This document shows, piece by piece, positions 11,423 through 22,550 of a stretch of DNA of 64,000 nt. The position numbers and the translations under genes are program-made. Each line of letters begins with the position of its first letter. The first letter of the stretch is position 1. A model generated the notes under the pieces. It saw only the letters and a program-made list of their open reading frames with translations, ran no database searches and was not told where the DNA came from. The DNA is taken from the NCBI GenBank assembly GCA_963776245.1, contig CAVZLN010000006.1, positions 128,001 through 192,000 on the forward strand, in the 5' to 3' direction. The DNA is from Candidatus Eiseniibacteriota bacterium (lineage in GTDB: Bacteria; Eisenbacteria; RBG-16-71-46).

Positions 11423-12762
11423 ATGAAACGCACTCCTCCGCCGTCCCCGGGGCCGCTCCGCGGCCGATACGCTCATCCAGAAGATCCACACCCGCAAGGC
11501 CCACCTCGGCGTGATCGGGCTCGGCTACGTGGGCCTGCCGCTCGCCGTCGAGCTCGCCCAGGCCGGCTTCAAGGTGACCGGCATCGACCTCCGCGAGGAC
11601 CGGGTGAAGATGCTCCAGCGGGGCACCTCGTACATCCAGGACGTGCCGACCCGCGACCTGCGCGCGGTGGTGAAGTCGGGGCATCTTGACCGCCACCACC
11701 GACTTCGGCGTCCTCCGGCGGGTGGACGCGGTGAACGTCGCGGTGCCGACGCCGCTGTCCAAGACCCGCGACCCCGACGTGTCGTACATCGTGTCCGCGT
11801 TCGAGCAGGTGCAGAAGCACCTCCATCGCGGCATGCTGCTCATCCTCGAGAGCACCACCTACCCCGGCACCACCGAGGAGCTGGTGCTGCCCATGCTCGA
11901 GGCGGGCGGGCTGAAGGTCGGCGAGGACTTCTTCCTGGCCTTCTCGCCCGAGCGCGTCGACCCGGGCAATCCGCAGTTCAACACCCGCAACATCCCGAAG
12001 GTGGTCGGCGGCGTCACCGCCGAGTGCACGCGCGCCGCGGTCGAGCTCTATCGCCAGCGCCTCGAGACCGTGGTGCCGGTGTCCTCGTGCCAGGTCGCCG
12101 AGATGGTGAAGCTGCTCGAGAACACCTTCCGCAGCGTGAACATCGGCCTCGTCAACGAGCTCGCGATGATGTGCAAGCGCCTCGGGGTGGACGTCTGGGA
12201 GGTCATCGACGCCGCGGCCACCAAGCCGTTCGGCTTCATGCGCTTCTACCCCGGCCCCGGCCTCGGCGGACACTGCATCCCGATCGACCCGTTCTACCTC
12301 TCGTGGAAGGCGCGCGCGTTCGGTTTCGAGGCGCGCTTCATCGAGCTGGCGGGAAGCGTCAACGCACAGATGCCGGACCACGTCGTCTCGCTCGTCAGTG
12401 AGAACCTGAACCGGCGCGGCAAGGCGATCCGCGGCTCGAAGGTGCTGGTGCTCGGCGTGGCCTACAAGGCCGATATCGACGACGTGCGCGAGAGCCCGTC
12501 CCTCGACATCATGGAGAAGCTGCGCGAGCACGGGGCCAAGATCGACTACCACGATCCGCACGTGCCCGCCGTCGACTTCGCCGGCCGGCGCATGCGCAGC
12601 ACCACGCTCACGCCGGCCACGCTCCGGCGCTTCGACTGCGTGGTGGTCGCGACCGCGCACCGCGATCTGCCCTATCGCGAGGTGTTGCGCCACGCGAAGG
12701 GAGTGGTGGACACCCGGAACGCGTACCGCGGCCGGAAGTCCCCGAAGATCACCCGGCTGTGA
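11423..12762 (+). CDS. Nucleotide-sugar dehydrogenase (UDP-GlcNAc/ManNAc 6-dehydrogenase, WbpO/WecC family); frameshifts near 11460 and 11686
   Basis: Motifs VIGLGYVGLPLA, VPTPL, ESTTYPGTT, FSPERVDPGN, GPGLGGHCIPIDP and GVAYK.DIDD.RESP, spread over three frames. Confidence 0.85.
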
Positions 12763-12797
12763 CGGCCGGCGGGAGCCCCTGCGCTCCCGCCGCCGTC
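12761..12797. terminator. GC-rich stem-loop between convergent genes
   Basis: CGGCGGGAGC-loop-GCTCCCGCCG with outer GACGG/CCGTC pairing. No U-tract. Confidence 0.45.
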
Positions 12798-12811
12798 GCG
12801 CGCAGCGGCCC

Positions 12812-14713
<1,902 letters not shown>

Positions 14714-14747
14714 CGTGTCCTTCTTTCCTTCCGGGGTGCGTGCGGAA

Positions 14748-14782
14748 GCCACGCCGCCCGGCGTGCGCCGGGGCGGCGTGGC
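14748..14782. other. Intercistronic stem-loop between hsp20 and dnaK
   Basis: GCCACGCCGCCC...GGGCGGCGTGGC inverted repeat. Confidence 0.55.
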
Positions 14783-14800
14783 CCGCGTGGGCTCACGACT

Positions 14801-15259
14801 TCACGAACGCCCGACCTGGACCTCGATCTCGCGCGTGCGGGACTCCTCCGACTTGGGCACGCGGATCTCGAGGACGCCGTCGCGGTAGACCGCCTTCACC
14901 TGGTCGCCGCGCACCGGCACGCCGAGCACGAACGTGCGCTCGAAGGCGCCCGAGAAGCGCTCCACCCGGTGCGTGCCGTTCTCGCCGCGCTCGGACTCGA
15001 GCTTGCGCTCGCCGCGCAGGGTGAGCGTGTCGCCGAGCAGGCTGACCTTGACGTCCTGCTGGGAGATGCCGGGCAGGTCGGCGCGGAGCACGAACCCCTC
15101 GGCGTTCTCCTCGACATCCACGGCCGGACTGGCGCCGAGGTCGAGACGGCCGCCCGGCGCGGTCGAGCCGAGCACGCTCTCCAACAGACGGTCCATGTCG
15201 CTCTGCATGCGGATGAGGTCGCGGGCGGGGGTGCTGGGCTGCCAACGGATGAGTCGCAT
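14801..15259 (-). CDS. Hsp20/alpha-crystallin small heat-shock protein
   Basis: Motifs PAVDVEE, ADLPGI, LTLRGERK, ER..G.FER.F.L and A.Y.DGVLEI.VPK. GGAGG Shine-Dalgarno before ATG 15259. Confidence 0.93.
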   Translation of the reverse strand: MRLIRWQPSTPARDLIRMQSDMDRLLESVLGSTAPGGRLDLGASPAVDVEENAEGFVLRADLPGISQQDVKVSLLGDTLTLRGERKLESERGENGTHRVERFSGAFERTFVLGVPVRGDQVKAVYRDGVLEIRVPKSEESRTREIEVQVGRS

Positions 15260-15348
15260 GATCGGAACCTCCATCGGTGTGCGGACGAGGGCTGCGAGGA
15301 TGATCCCCGGGCGGCCATCGGGATCCTCGCTCGTATGCCTCGACTCAT

Positions 15349-15364
15349 CGCAGCCCTCGTGCCA
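15349..15364 (-). promoter_or_regulatory. Putative sigma-54 (-24/-12) promoter of hsp20-dnaK
   Basis: TGGCACGAGGGCTGC: GG-N10-GC with a perfect TGGCACG, about 90 nt upstream of hsp20. Confidence 0.55.
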
Positions 15365-15540
15365 CGCGCCCGGGTCGAGTCCCAAGTGGCACGCGGGCAA
15401 GACGTTCACCGCGTTCCATCGAGCGTTCCGCGAGCTCGCGCGCGCGCCCTTCGTCCGCATGTGGAACGCCGGGCGTTCGCCTCCGGCACACTGGCGTCCC
15501 ACATCCGGTGCAGCCCCATGGAACCCGCCCTCAACGCAGA

Positions 15541-15564
15541 GCGGCGGGCCACCCGGCCCGCCGC
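15541..15564. terminator. Stem-loop downstream of nuoI
   Basis: GCGGCGGGCC-ACCC-GGCCCGCCGC, a perfect 10-bp stem. Confidence 0.45.
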
Positions 15565-15587
15565 CGCCCATCGTCGCCAGCGCGCCT

Positions 15588-16034
15588 TCAGCGTGCCGGC
15601 AGGTAGCCCGCCTGCTCCATCGGCACCACCAGCTCGTCCTTGGTGTAGATGAACCGGTCCCGGCTGTAGTCCGAGAGCTCGTAGTTCTTCTCGAGGAAGA
15701 TCGCGTCCTCGGGACACGCCTCCTCGCACATGCCGCAGAAGATGCAGCGGATCATGTTGATCTCGTAGCGCTCGGCGTAGCGTTCGCCATGCGAGATCGG
15801 CGCGGCCGGGTCGTTCTCGGCCGCCTTGACGAAGATGGCGTCCGCCGGGCACGCCACCGCGCACAGTTCGCAGCCCACGCAGCGTTCGAGGCCGTCCTCG
15901 TGGCGCGCCAGGATGTGGAGCCCGCGGAAGCGCGGGTACATCGTGAGCTTCTCGTCCGGATACTGGACGGTGAACGGCTTCTTGAACAGGTTCTCGAACG
16001 TGACGCCGAGCCCCTGGCCGAGTTCCTTGATCAT
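15588..16034 (-). CDS. nuoI: NADH-quinone oxidoreductase subunit I
   Basis: Motifs TVQYP.EK...PRFRG.H, CVGCELCAVACP and CIFCGMCEEACP. AAGGAG Shine-Dalgarno. Confidence 0.93.
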   Translation of the reverse strand: MIKELGQGLGVTFENLFKKPFTVQYPDEKLTMYPRFRGLHILARHEDGLERCVGCELCAVACPADAIFVKAAENDPAAPISHGERYAERYEINMIRCIFCGMCEEACPEDAIFLEKNYELSDYSRDRFIYTKDELVVPMEQAGYLPAR

Positions 16035-16188
16035 GCGCTGGCTCCTTCCGGCCCTGTCGGATACGACGGATGCGGGCCGAGGATAGCCGCGGCCATGGCC
16101 CCCACGCAAGGCGCGGCGCCCGGCCGGGCGGCGCGGCTCTGCCGCGGCGCCGGCCTCCCGTGGGGGCCGGGCGCCGCCGGTCCGAGCG

Positions 16189-16932
16189 CTACCAGCTCCA
16201 GCCGAGCGCCAACTCGAACTCCCGCGTGCGACGCTCAAGCGAGCCCCTGGCGAGGTCCGGGAGCCCGTGCACGTAGCGTCCCCGCACCGCCGCGAGGTGC
16301 CCCGCGAGCGGCCACTCCACGCCGGCTCCGGCGGTCAGCGCGACATCGAGACGCTCGTACTGATCGGTCACATCACGGCTGCTCCCCAGCGTGCCCGCCT
16401 GCTCGAAGATGTTCGCGGAGGGCGCCGGCGTGATCCCCTTCTGCGCGGCCGCCGGGGACGGTGTGCCGCCGTCCACGCTCGAGCGGAATCCCGCGGAGAG
16501 CAGGTAGCGCACTTCGGGCCCGGCTTCGAGGATCAACGGGCCCACCGGGCGATACGACGCCCGCAGGGGGACCCCGATCCAGTTCCAGTCCATCCGCGCG
16601 TTCCCCCGCATCACCACCGCGGGGGACGTCCCCGAGGTCGTCGTGATGGTGAGGTCCTCGTCCTCGTTGATCCGGACGTACCGCAGGCCGGTGCCCAGCG
16701 ACCAGCGATCGCCGAGTCGCCAATCCACGGTCGGGCCCGCGGCCCACGCGATGCGCATCGGAGGGTCATCGAGGGTGGACGGCGCCGGGGCACGACGGGT
16801 GAGCCCGCCGTCCACCCCGGCCACTTCGAGGCCGAACCGCGGCCCTGCGGCCCACGCCAGAGCGGGAATCAGCGTCCCCAGCGCGAGCCCCACCAGGATC
16901 ACTCTCCGCCCAGGACGATCCGGACCTGTCAT
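16189..16932 (-). CDS. Outer-membrane beta-barrel protein (PorT/OMP_b-brl_2-like)
   Basis: Signal peptide, then W.GVPL..., LEAGPEVRYLL, DVALTAGAGVEW, RYVHGL and a terminal aromatic strand (LGWSW). Confidence 0.65.
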   Translation of the reverse strand: MTGPDRPGRRVILVGLALGTLIPALAWAAGPRFGLEVAGVDGGLTRRAPAPSTLDDPPMRIAWAAGPTVDWRLGDRWSLGTGLRYVRINEDEDLTITTTSGTSPAVVMRGNARMDWNWIGVPLRASYRPVGPLILEAGPEVRYLLSAGFRSSVDGGTPSPAAAQKGITPAPSANIFEQAGTLGSSRDVTDQYERLDVALTAGAGVEWPLAGHLAAVRGRYVHGLPDLARGSLERRTREFELALGWSW

Positions 16933-16971
16933 GGATACCTCCGCGTCATCTTCCCCGGTCGATCCCCGATC

Positions 16972-17526
16972 CTACAATCGCGGGAGCGTGATGCCCACCT
17001 GCTTCTGGTACTTGCCGGCCCGGTCCTTGTACGAGGTCTCGCAGGGCTCGTCGGCCTCGAAGAACAGCACCTGGGCGACCCCTTCGTTGGCGTAGATCCT
17101 CGCCGGGAGCGGCGTGGTGTTGCTGATCTCGAGCGTGACGAAGCCTTCCCACTCGGGCTCGAACGGCGTGACGTTGGTGATGATGCCGCAGCGGGCGTAC
17201 GTGCTCTTGCCGACGCACACGCACAGGACGTCGCGCGGCACCCGGAAATACTCGACCGTGCGTCCGAGCGCGAACGAGTTCGGCGGGATCACGCACACCG
17301 GCCCCCGGAAGTCGACCATCGATCCGGCATCCACGTTCTTCGGGTCGACGATGGTGGAGTTCACGTTGGTGAAGATCTTGAACTCGTCAGCGATGCGCAC
17401 GTCGTACCCGTACGACGACACGCCGTAGGAGATCACCCCCTCGCGCACCTGCTTCTCCTCGAACGGCTCGATCATGCGGTGCTCGGCGCACATCCGGCGG
17501 ATCCAGCGGTCGGGCTTGATGGACAC
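16972..17526 (-). CDS. dcd: dCTP deaminase
   Basis: Motifs [37 protein letters not shown] and YANEGVAQ. Confidence 0.95.
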   Translation of the reverse strand: MSIKPDRWIRRMCAEHRMIEPFEEKQVREGVISYGVSSYGYDVRIADEFKIFTNVNSTIVDPKNVDAGSMVDFRGPVCVIPPNSFALGRTVEYFRVPRDVLCVCVGKSTYARCGIITNVTPFEPEWEGFVTLEISNTTPLPARIYANEGVAQVLFFEADEPCETSYKDRAGKYQKQVGITLPRL

Positions 17527-17529
17527 GCT

Positions 17530-18066
17530 TCACTCCTTCTCGTGGGGGTCGCGGCCGAGCATGCGCAGGACGTGGACGAGCTCGGGGATCAGCAGTCGTT
17601 CGAGCGCCAGGGTGACGGCGGGTTCGGAACCGGGCAATACCACCACGAGCCGGCCGCGCGCGATGCCGGCGGAGGCGCGCGACAACCACGCCGCCGCGCC
17701 CACCTCCGCGAACGAGAGCATCCGGAACAACTCGCCGAACCCCGGCAGGGGCTTCTCGAACAGCGGCTCGAGGGCCTCGGGCGTGGTGTCGCGCGGCCCC
17801 ACGCCGGTGCCGCCGGTCACCACCACCAGGTCGAGGTCGGCGCGCTCGAGCACGCGCTCCACGGCAGCCCGCACGCCGGCGGGGGTGTCGCGCACCCACG
17901 CGCGCGTGGCCACCGCGTGGCCCGCGCCCGTCAGCAGCCGCTCGATCGCCGCCCCGCTCCGGTCGGCGGCGCCGCGGCGGGTGTCGCTCACGGTGACGAT
18001 CGCGCAACGCGCGGTGCGGGTCCCTCGCCCGGGTGTGTGCGCGCCGGCGCGCCGCACCCGCCTCAC
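17530..18066 (-). CDS. MogA/MoaB family molybdenum cofactor biosynthesis protein
   Basis: Motifs TVSDTR...D.SG, TGGTGVGPRDTTPEA, PGFGELFR and LPGS..AV. GTGA coupling at 18063-18066 (alternative ATG at 18075). Confidence 0.9.
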   Translation of the reverse strand: MRRVRRAGAHTPGRGTRTARCAIVTVSDTRRGAADRSGAAIERLLTGAGHAVATRAWVRDTPAGVRAAVERVLERADLDLVVVTGGTGVGPRDTTPEALEPLFEKPLPGFGELFRMLSFAEVGAAAWLSRASAGIARGRLVVVLPGSEPAVTLALERLLIPELVHVLRMLGRDPHEKE

Positions 18067-18771
18067 GCCGCCCATGAGCCCGCCCGCCCGGCGATCGGCC
18101 GCGGCACGATCCCGAAGTGCTCCGACCACGGACCGGCCTCCGCGAGCCGGTGCTCGGTCATCTCCTCGTGCGAGGGCTCCCACGCACCCGCGCCAGCCGG
18201 GAGCCGCGGGCCCGCCGCGCGCGCCAGGGCCGCGAGCTCGGCGAGCGTGAACGGTTCGGCGCCCGCGAGCTCGTACCATCCCTCCCACGCCGCGCGCCCG
18301 GTGAGCGCGCGATCGAGGGTCTCGAGCACGTCGTCCTCGGCCACCGGGTTCAGCGAGCGTGCGCCCGCCCCGCGGCAGGGCCGCGCCGGAGCGCAGGCGG
18401 AGCCACAGCGGGCTGGCGGGGCCGACCAGCGGCGCGAGCCGCAGCGTGAGCACCGGCAGCGCGAAGCCGCGCGCCAGCTCCTCGAGCCTCCAGAGCTGGC
18501 GCAGGCGCGGCGCTCGCGCATCCGGATGCACGCCGATCGCGCTCACCACCAGCAGACGCGCGCCCCCGGCCTCGCGCCAGCCGCCGGCCAGCGCGGCGAG
18601 CGCCATCGCGTCGAGCGCCTCGGCGGCGCCCAGCACCAGCGTGCGGTGGCCGGCCGAACGGTCGGCGGACGCGCTGCCGGGCGCCTCGGCGCGCAACGCG
18701 TGCCCGAGCGCCGCGAGCGCCGCGACCAGACGCGGCACCGGCGGCCCGGGCTGCCCATAGACGTGGATCAC
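18063..18771 (-). CDS. Atypical/degenerate SDR NAD(P)-binding-fold protein (NDUFA9/epimerase-like); frameshift near 18355
   Basis: RLLVVSAIG, EE..R...P...LR...LVGP, then after an extra G: LNPVAEDDV and YELAGAEPFTL.EL. GTG start coupled to the upstream stop. Confidence 0.55.
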
Positions 18772-19823
18772 GCCCGGGCCTCCAGCGCTCCGCGGATCTG
18801 CCGGCGGTGCGAGAGGTCGTGATCGGTCCAGTAGCGGACCAGGTCGGCGAGCGTGTGCGGGCCGCGCGCCGGGTGCAGCCACGCGCGCTGCCACGCCTCG
18901 GGACCGAGCGGCGCGAGCCGGGCCATCACCCGCTCGCGCGCCTCGCGCCACTCGGCCAGCGCGACCTCGGGGTCGGCCTCGGCGTAGCCCCGTTCACGCG
19001 GCCAGGCCTGTACCGGCACCTCGGACACCGCGGGGAAGTCCTCGGTCAGCACGCGCTCGAGCCGCGGCGCGAACACGTCGCGATCGCAATCCCGCAGGTG
19101 GCAGACCACCTCGGCCGCGCTCCAGCTCGCGGGGCCGCTGCGGCGATGGAACGCTTCCGCCCCGCCGTGCTGCTCGAGCATCTCCTGGCCCCAGCGCGGG
19201 CCCGCCCGGAGCACCTCGAGGCGCTGTTCCCACTCGAGGTGGTCCATGCTCGCGCCCGCCCGCGGCATGAGGTCGCCGGGGCGCGCGGGTGAGGGCAGCG
19301 TCGATCCCAGCCCGCGCGCCTGATAGGTGCGCGCCAGCGCGACGTAGTGGGAGGTGCCGTTGGCGATGGCCGCCCGGTGCGCCTCGGTCACCTGCCCGAC
19401 CACCCGCGCCGGCGCCCCCAGCACCAGGCTGCCCGGCGGCACGATCTGGCGCTCGCGCACCAGCGACGCGGCGCCGATGAGCGAGCCGGCCCCGATGCGC
19501 GCGCCCGAGAGCACCACCGCGCCCATGCCGACCAGGCAGTCGTCCTCGATCACGCAGCCATGCACGATGGAGCGATGGCCCACGGTCACGCGCGCGCCGA
19601 TCACCGCCTCGAGCCCCTCGTCCACGTGCACCGTGGAGTTGTCCTGGATGTTGGTGTCCGCCCCCACCTCGATGCCCGCGATGTCCCCGCGCAGGACGGT
19701 GTTGAACCACACGCTGCTGCGGGCTCCGAGCGTGACCTCGCCCACCACCCGGGCGCCCGGGGCGATGAACGCGGTCGGATCGATGCGCAGCCGGGACGGC
19801 CAATCGTGATTGCGATCCGTCAT
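18768..19823 (-). CDS. Gamma-carbonic-anhydrase-family (LbH) protein fused to a C-terminal DinB-family domain
   Basis: Hexapeptide repeats, WFNTVLRGD, NIQDNSTVH and VGH..IVHGC in the N-half; WS..EVVCHL.D, HP..G and HDLSHRRQI in the C-half. Confidence 0.82.
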   Translation of the reverse strand: MTDRNHDWPSRLRIDPTAFIAPGARVVGEVTLGARSSVWFNTVLRGDIAGIEVGADTNIQDNSTVHVDEGLEAVIGARVTVGHRSIVHGCVIEDDCLVGMGAVVLSGARIGAGSLIGAASLVRERQIVPPGSLVLGAPARVVGQVTEAHRAAIANGTSHYVALARTYQARGLGSTLPSPARPGDLMPRAGASMDHLEWEQRLEVLRAGPRWGQEMLEQHGGAEAFHRRSGPASWSAAEVVCHLRDCDRDVFAPRLERVLTEDFPAVSEVPVQAWPRERGYAEADPEVALAEWREARERVMARLAPLGPEAWQRAWLHPARGPHTLADLVRYWTDHDLSHRRQIRGALEARA

Positions 19824-20464
19824 CGGAGGTCCGCCTCCTCGCCCAGGAACGGATTGAAGCGCCGCTCCCGGCCGATCGTGGTCCCGGGACCGTGTCCCGG
19901 GTGGACGCGCACGTCGTCCCCGAGCGGCAGCAGGCGCGTGCGGATGGCGCGGATCAGGTCCGCCGTCGAGCCGCCCGGCAGGTCGGTCCGGCCGACCGAG
20001 CCCGCGAACAGCGTGTCACCGGCCCACAGCTCGCCCTGCCACCGGAAGCACACGCCGCCCGGCGAGTGCCCGGGGGTGTGGAGGACCTCGAGCGTCTCCT
20101 CACCCACCGCGAGACGCTGCCCGTCGGCGAGGTCGTGCACCGTCCCGGGCGCGCGCGCCGGCGGGAAGTCGAACGCCGCGGCCTGAGCGGGCAGGTGGTC
20201 GAGCAGCGGGCGGTCGGCCGGGTGCAGCCAGAAGTCCCCTCCCAGCGCCTCCTGGACCTCGCGCATGCCGGCCACGTGGTCGTAGTGACCGTGGGTCGCG
20301 AGCAGCCAGCGCACCCGCAGTCCGAGCCGGCGCACCGTGTCGATCGCGGACCCCGCGTCGAACCCCACGTCGAGCACCGCGGTCTCGCGCGTGGCCTCGC
20401 AGGTCACGAGGTAGGTGCGATTGTCGAGCGGCCCGAGCGCGAGAACCTGGTGGACGAGCGGCAT
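19820..20464 (-). CDS. MBL-fold metallo-hydrolase (glyoxalase II-like)
   Basis: Motifs THGHYDHVAG, HTPGHSPG, GDTLFAGSVGRTDLPGG, PGHGP.TTIG.E and NPF. Confidence 0.9.
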   Translation of the reverse strand: MPLVHQVLALGPLDNRTYLVTCEATRETAVLDVGFDAGSAIDTVRRLGLRVRWLLATHGHYDHVAGMREVQEALGGDFWLHPADRPLLDHLPAQAAAFDFPPARAPGTVHDLADGQRLAVGEETLEVLHTPGHSPGGVCFRWQGELWAGDTLFAGSVGRTDLPGGSTADLIRAIRTRLLPLGDDVRVHPGHGPGTTIGRERRFNPFLGEEADLR

Positions 20465-20465
20465 G

Positions 20466-21626
20466 TCAGATGACGTTGGACTCGACCATCGCCTGCCGCT
20501 CGCTGAAACGCTCGACCCGCAGCGCGGAGAGGTCGATGCTCGGCCGGCCGTCCACGATCCACTCCGCGATCAGTCGCCCGACCGCGGGCGCATGCATGAA
20601 GCCATGGCCGCTGAAGCCGTTCGCGAGCATGAAGCCGCCCACCGACGTCGGCGGCCCGAGCACCGCGTTGTGGTCGGGCGTGGTCTCGTAGAGCCCCGCC
20701 CAGCCGTTCGAGATCTCGGCCTCCTCGAGCGCCGGCACGCGATGCATCGCGGGCTCCACCACGCGCTCGAGCAGGTCCCAGTTGACCGCGGTGTTGAATC
20801 CCGCGGGCTCCTCCTTGTTGGCGAGGCCGAGCAGCATGCCCCCGCTCTCGCGGTGCATGTACACGCCCGACTTCATGTCCACGATCATGGGCAGATCGGG
20901 CCGCGCCATCGGCAGTGGCTCGGTGGTGAAGCAATGGCGGCGCACCGGGTCCACCGGCAGGTCCACGCCCGCCCAGCGCGCGATCCCGGCCGCGTGCGGT
21001 CCGGCGGCGTTGATCACCCAGGGCGCGTGGAAGTCGCCCTGCGCCGTGCGCACGCCGGTGACGCGACCCTGCTCGACGATCAACCCGCTCGCGGCCAGCC
21101 CGAACTCGAACCGCGCGCCCAGTTCGCGCGCGTGCTGCACGAACAGCTGCGTGACCTCGTGGGGGCTGCCGAGCCCGTCCTTGCGGCAGAAGGTCGCCCC
21201 CCGGAGGTCCTCGATGTTGAGCTCCGGCACCCGCTCGCGCGCCTGCTGCGGCGTGAGGGTCTCCACCGGCAGCCCGAGGGCGCGCTGCATCTCGGCCTGG
21301 CGCTGGAACATCGCCCAGGTGATGTCGTCTGCGAGCAGGAACAGGTAGCCGACCTGGAAGAACACCGGCTCGCAGCGCATCAGCTCCGGAAGGCGCTCGA
21401 ACTCCTCGATCGACATCATCGAGAGGCGCACGTTGATCTCGCTCGAGAACTGCGCGCGGATGCCGCCCGCCGCCTTGCTCGTGGAGCCGGCCCCGGCGAA
21501 CGGCTCCTGCTCCAGCACCACCACGCCCTTCACGCCCCGCCGCCCGAGATGGTCGGCGATCGCCGCTCCGATGCACCCCGCCCCGATGATCACCACCGGC
21601 GCGGCGCGGCCCGTCGTCGTGCTCAC
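20466..21626 (-). CDS. FAD-dependent oxidoreductase (sarcosine oxidase beta/DadA family)
   Basis: Motifs IIGAGCIG, GSTSKAAGGIRAQF, VINAAG, WAGLYE.TPDH and GFSGHGFM.AP.VG. Confidence 0.88.
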   Translation of the reverse strand: MSTTTGRAAPVVIIGAGCIGAAIADHLGRRGVKGVVVLEQEPFAGAGSTSKAAGGIRAQFSSEINVRLSMMSIEEFERLPELMRCEPVFFQVGYLFLLADDITWAMFQRQAEMQRALGLPVETLTPQQARERVPELNIEDLRGATFCRKDGLGSPHEVTQLFVQHARELGARFEFGLAASGLIVEQGRVTGVRTAQGDFHAPWVINAAGPHAAGIARWAGVDLPVDPVRRHCFTTEPLPMARPDLPMIVDMKSGVYMHRESGGMLLGLANKEEPAGFNTAVNWDLLERVVEPAMHRVPALEEAEISNGWAGLYETTPDHNAVLGPPTSVGGFMLANGFSGHGFMHAPAVGRLIAEWIVDGRPSIDLSALRVERFSERQAMVESNVI

Positions 21627-22447
21627 TGCATCCTCCGCCAGGCGCGCCTGAGACGCAGCGCGTCCTCTTCCATGGCCGGGCTCTCGCACACCACCCAGCC
21701 CGATACCCGCAGGTCCCGCAGCGCCTTCAGCACGTCGCGCCAGCGGAAGCGGGATTCCTCGAGAGGAAGGTGGTGCCGCTCGCCTTTCGGTCCGTATTCG
21801 ATCCCCGACACGTGGACGTGGAGTCGTTCCAGCGCCGCCCGTCCGAGCCGGCGCTCGAGGATCTCCAGCATCCCCGCGAAGTCCGCGTAACGATTCACCG
21901 CACCTGCCGTGCGCGCGTACTGGTGCGAGAAGTCCACGCACGGCGACACCCCGGGCACCGCCCGGCTCCACTCGACGATCTCGTCCAACGAGCCCACCTG
22001 GGTGGGCTTGCCGGTGAGCTCGGGGCGGATGTCGATCGACAGCCCCTCCGCCCGCAGCCCCCCGGCCAGCCGCCGCAGCCGCGCCTCGATGGCCTCCCGC
22101 GCCGCCTCCGGGGCGAGCGCCTGGTAGAACCCCGAGTGGAAGCAGAAGCTCTGCGCGCCGCAGCGCGCGCCGAGCCTTCCGGCGTGCGCGAGGCGCTCGA
22201 GACTGCGCGCGACCACCTCGTCCGAGCCGCACAGATTGACGTAGTACGGCGCGTGCGCGGTGAGCGTGATGTCGTTCAGGCGCGCCGCCTCGGCGATGGC
22301 GTCCGCGGTCGCGGGGCCCATCTTCACCCCGTTGACCCAGGCCATCTCGAGATGGTCGAGCCCCAGCTCGCGCGCGCGGCGGATGCCGTGGACGGTGCCG
22401 GGCCGCGCGCTCGAGCGCGGGATGCCCGACGTGCCGATGCGCAGCAT
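21623..22447 (-). CDS. Endonuclease IV-like TIM-barrel protein (AP endonuclease family 2)
   Basis: Motifs TAHAPYYVNL, FHSGFY, PELTGK..Q.GSLDE, DFSH.YAR, LHVHVSGIEY..KGE.HH and CESP. Start may be at 22489. Confidence 0.8.
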   Translation of the reverse strand: MLRIGTSGIPRSSARPGTVHGIRRARELGLDHLEMAWVNGVKMGPATADAIAEAARLNDITLTAHAPYYVNLCGSDEVVARSLERLAHAGRLGARCGAQSFCFHSGFYQALAPEAAREAIEARLRRLAGGLRAEGLSIDIRPELTGKPTQVGSLDEIVEWSRAVPGVSPCVDFSHQYARTAGAVNRYADFAGMLEILERRLGRAALERLHVHVSGIEYGPKGERHHLPLEESRFRWRDVLKALRDLRVSGWVVCESPAMEEDALRLRRAWRRMQ

Positions 22448-22550
22448 CAGGACCGCGCCGGGCGGCCGCGCCCACATCGTGCGCGGCACGCCGGGAGGCA
22501 GTCTAGGCCAGCCTGCTGGTCAACGCGAGTGCCCCGCCCGGCGCCCGGCA

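Noticed and set aside
10525..12762. FAH and sugar dehydrogenase as true pseudogenes
   Set aside because: Catalytic motifs are intact and the breaks are clustered single-base changes typical of sequencing error.
15260..15560. CIRCE/HrcA operator upstream of hsp20-dnaK
   Set aside because: No TTAGCACTC-N9-GAGTGCTAA was seen; the GTGCCAC...GTGGCAC repeat has the wrong sequence and spacing.
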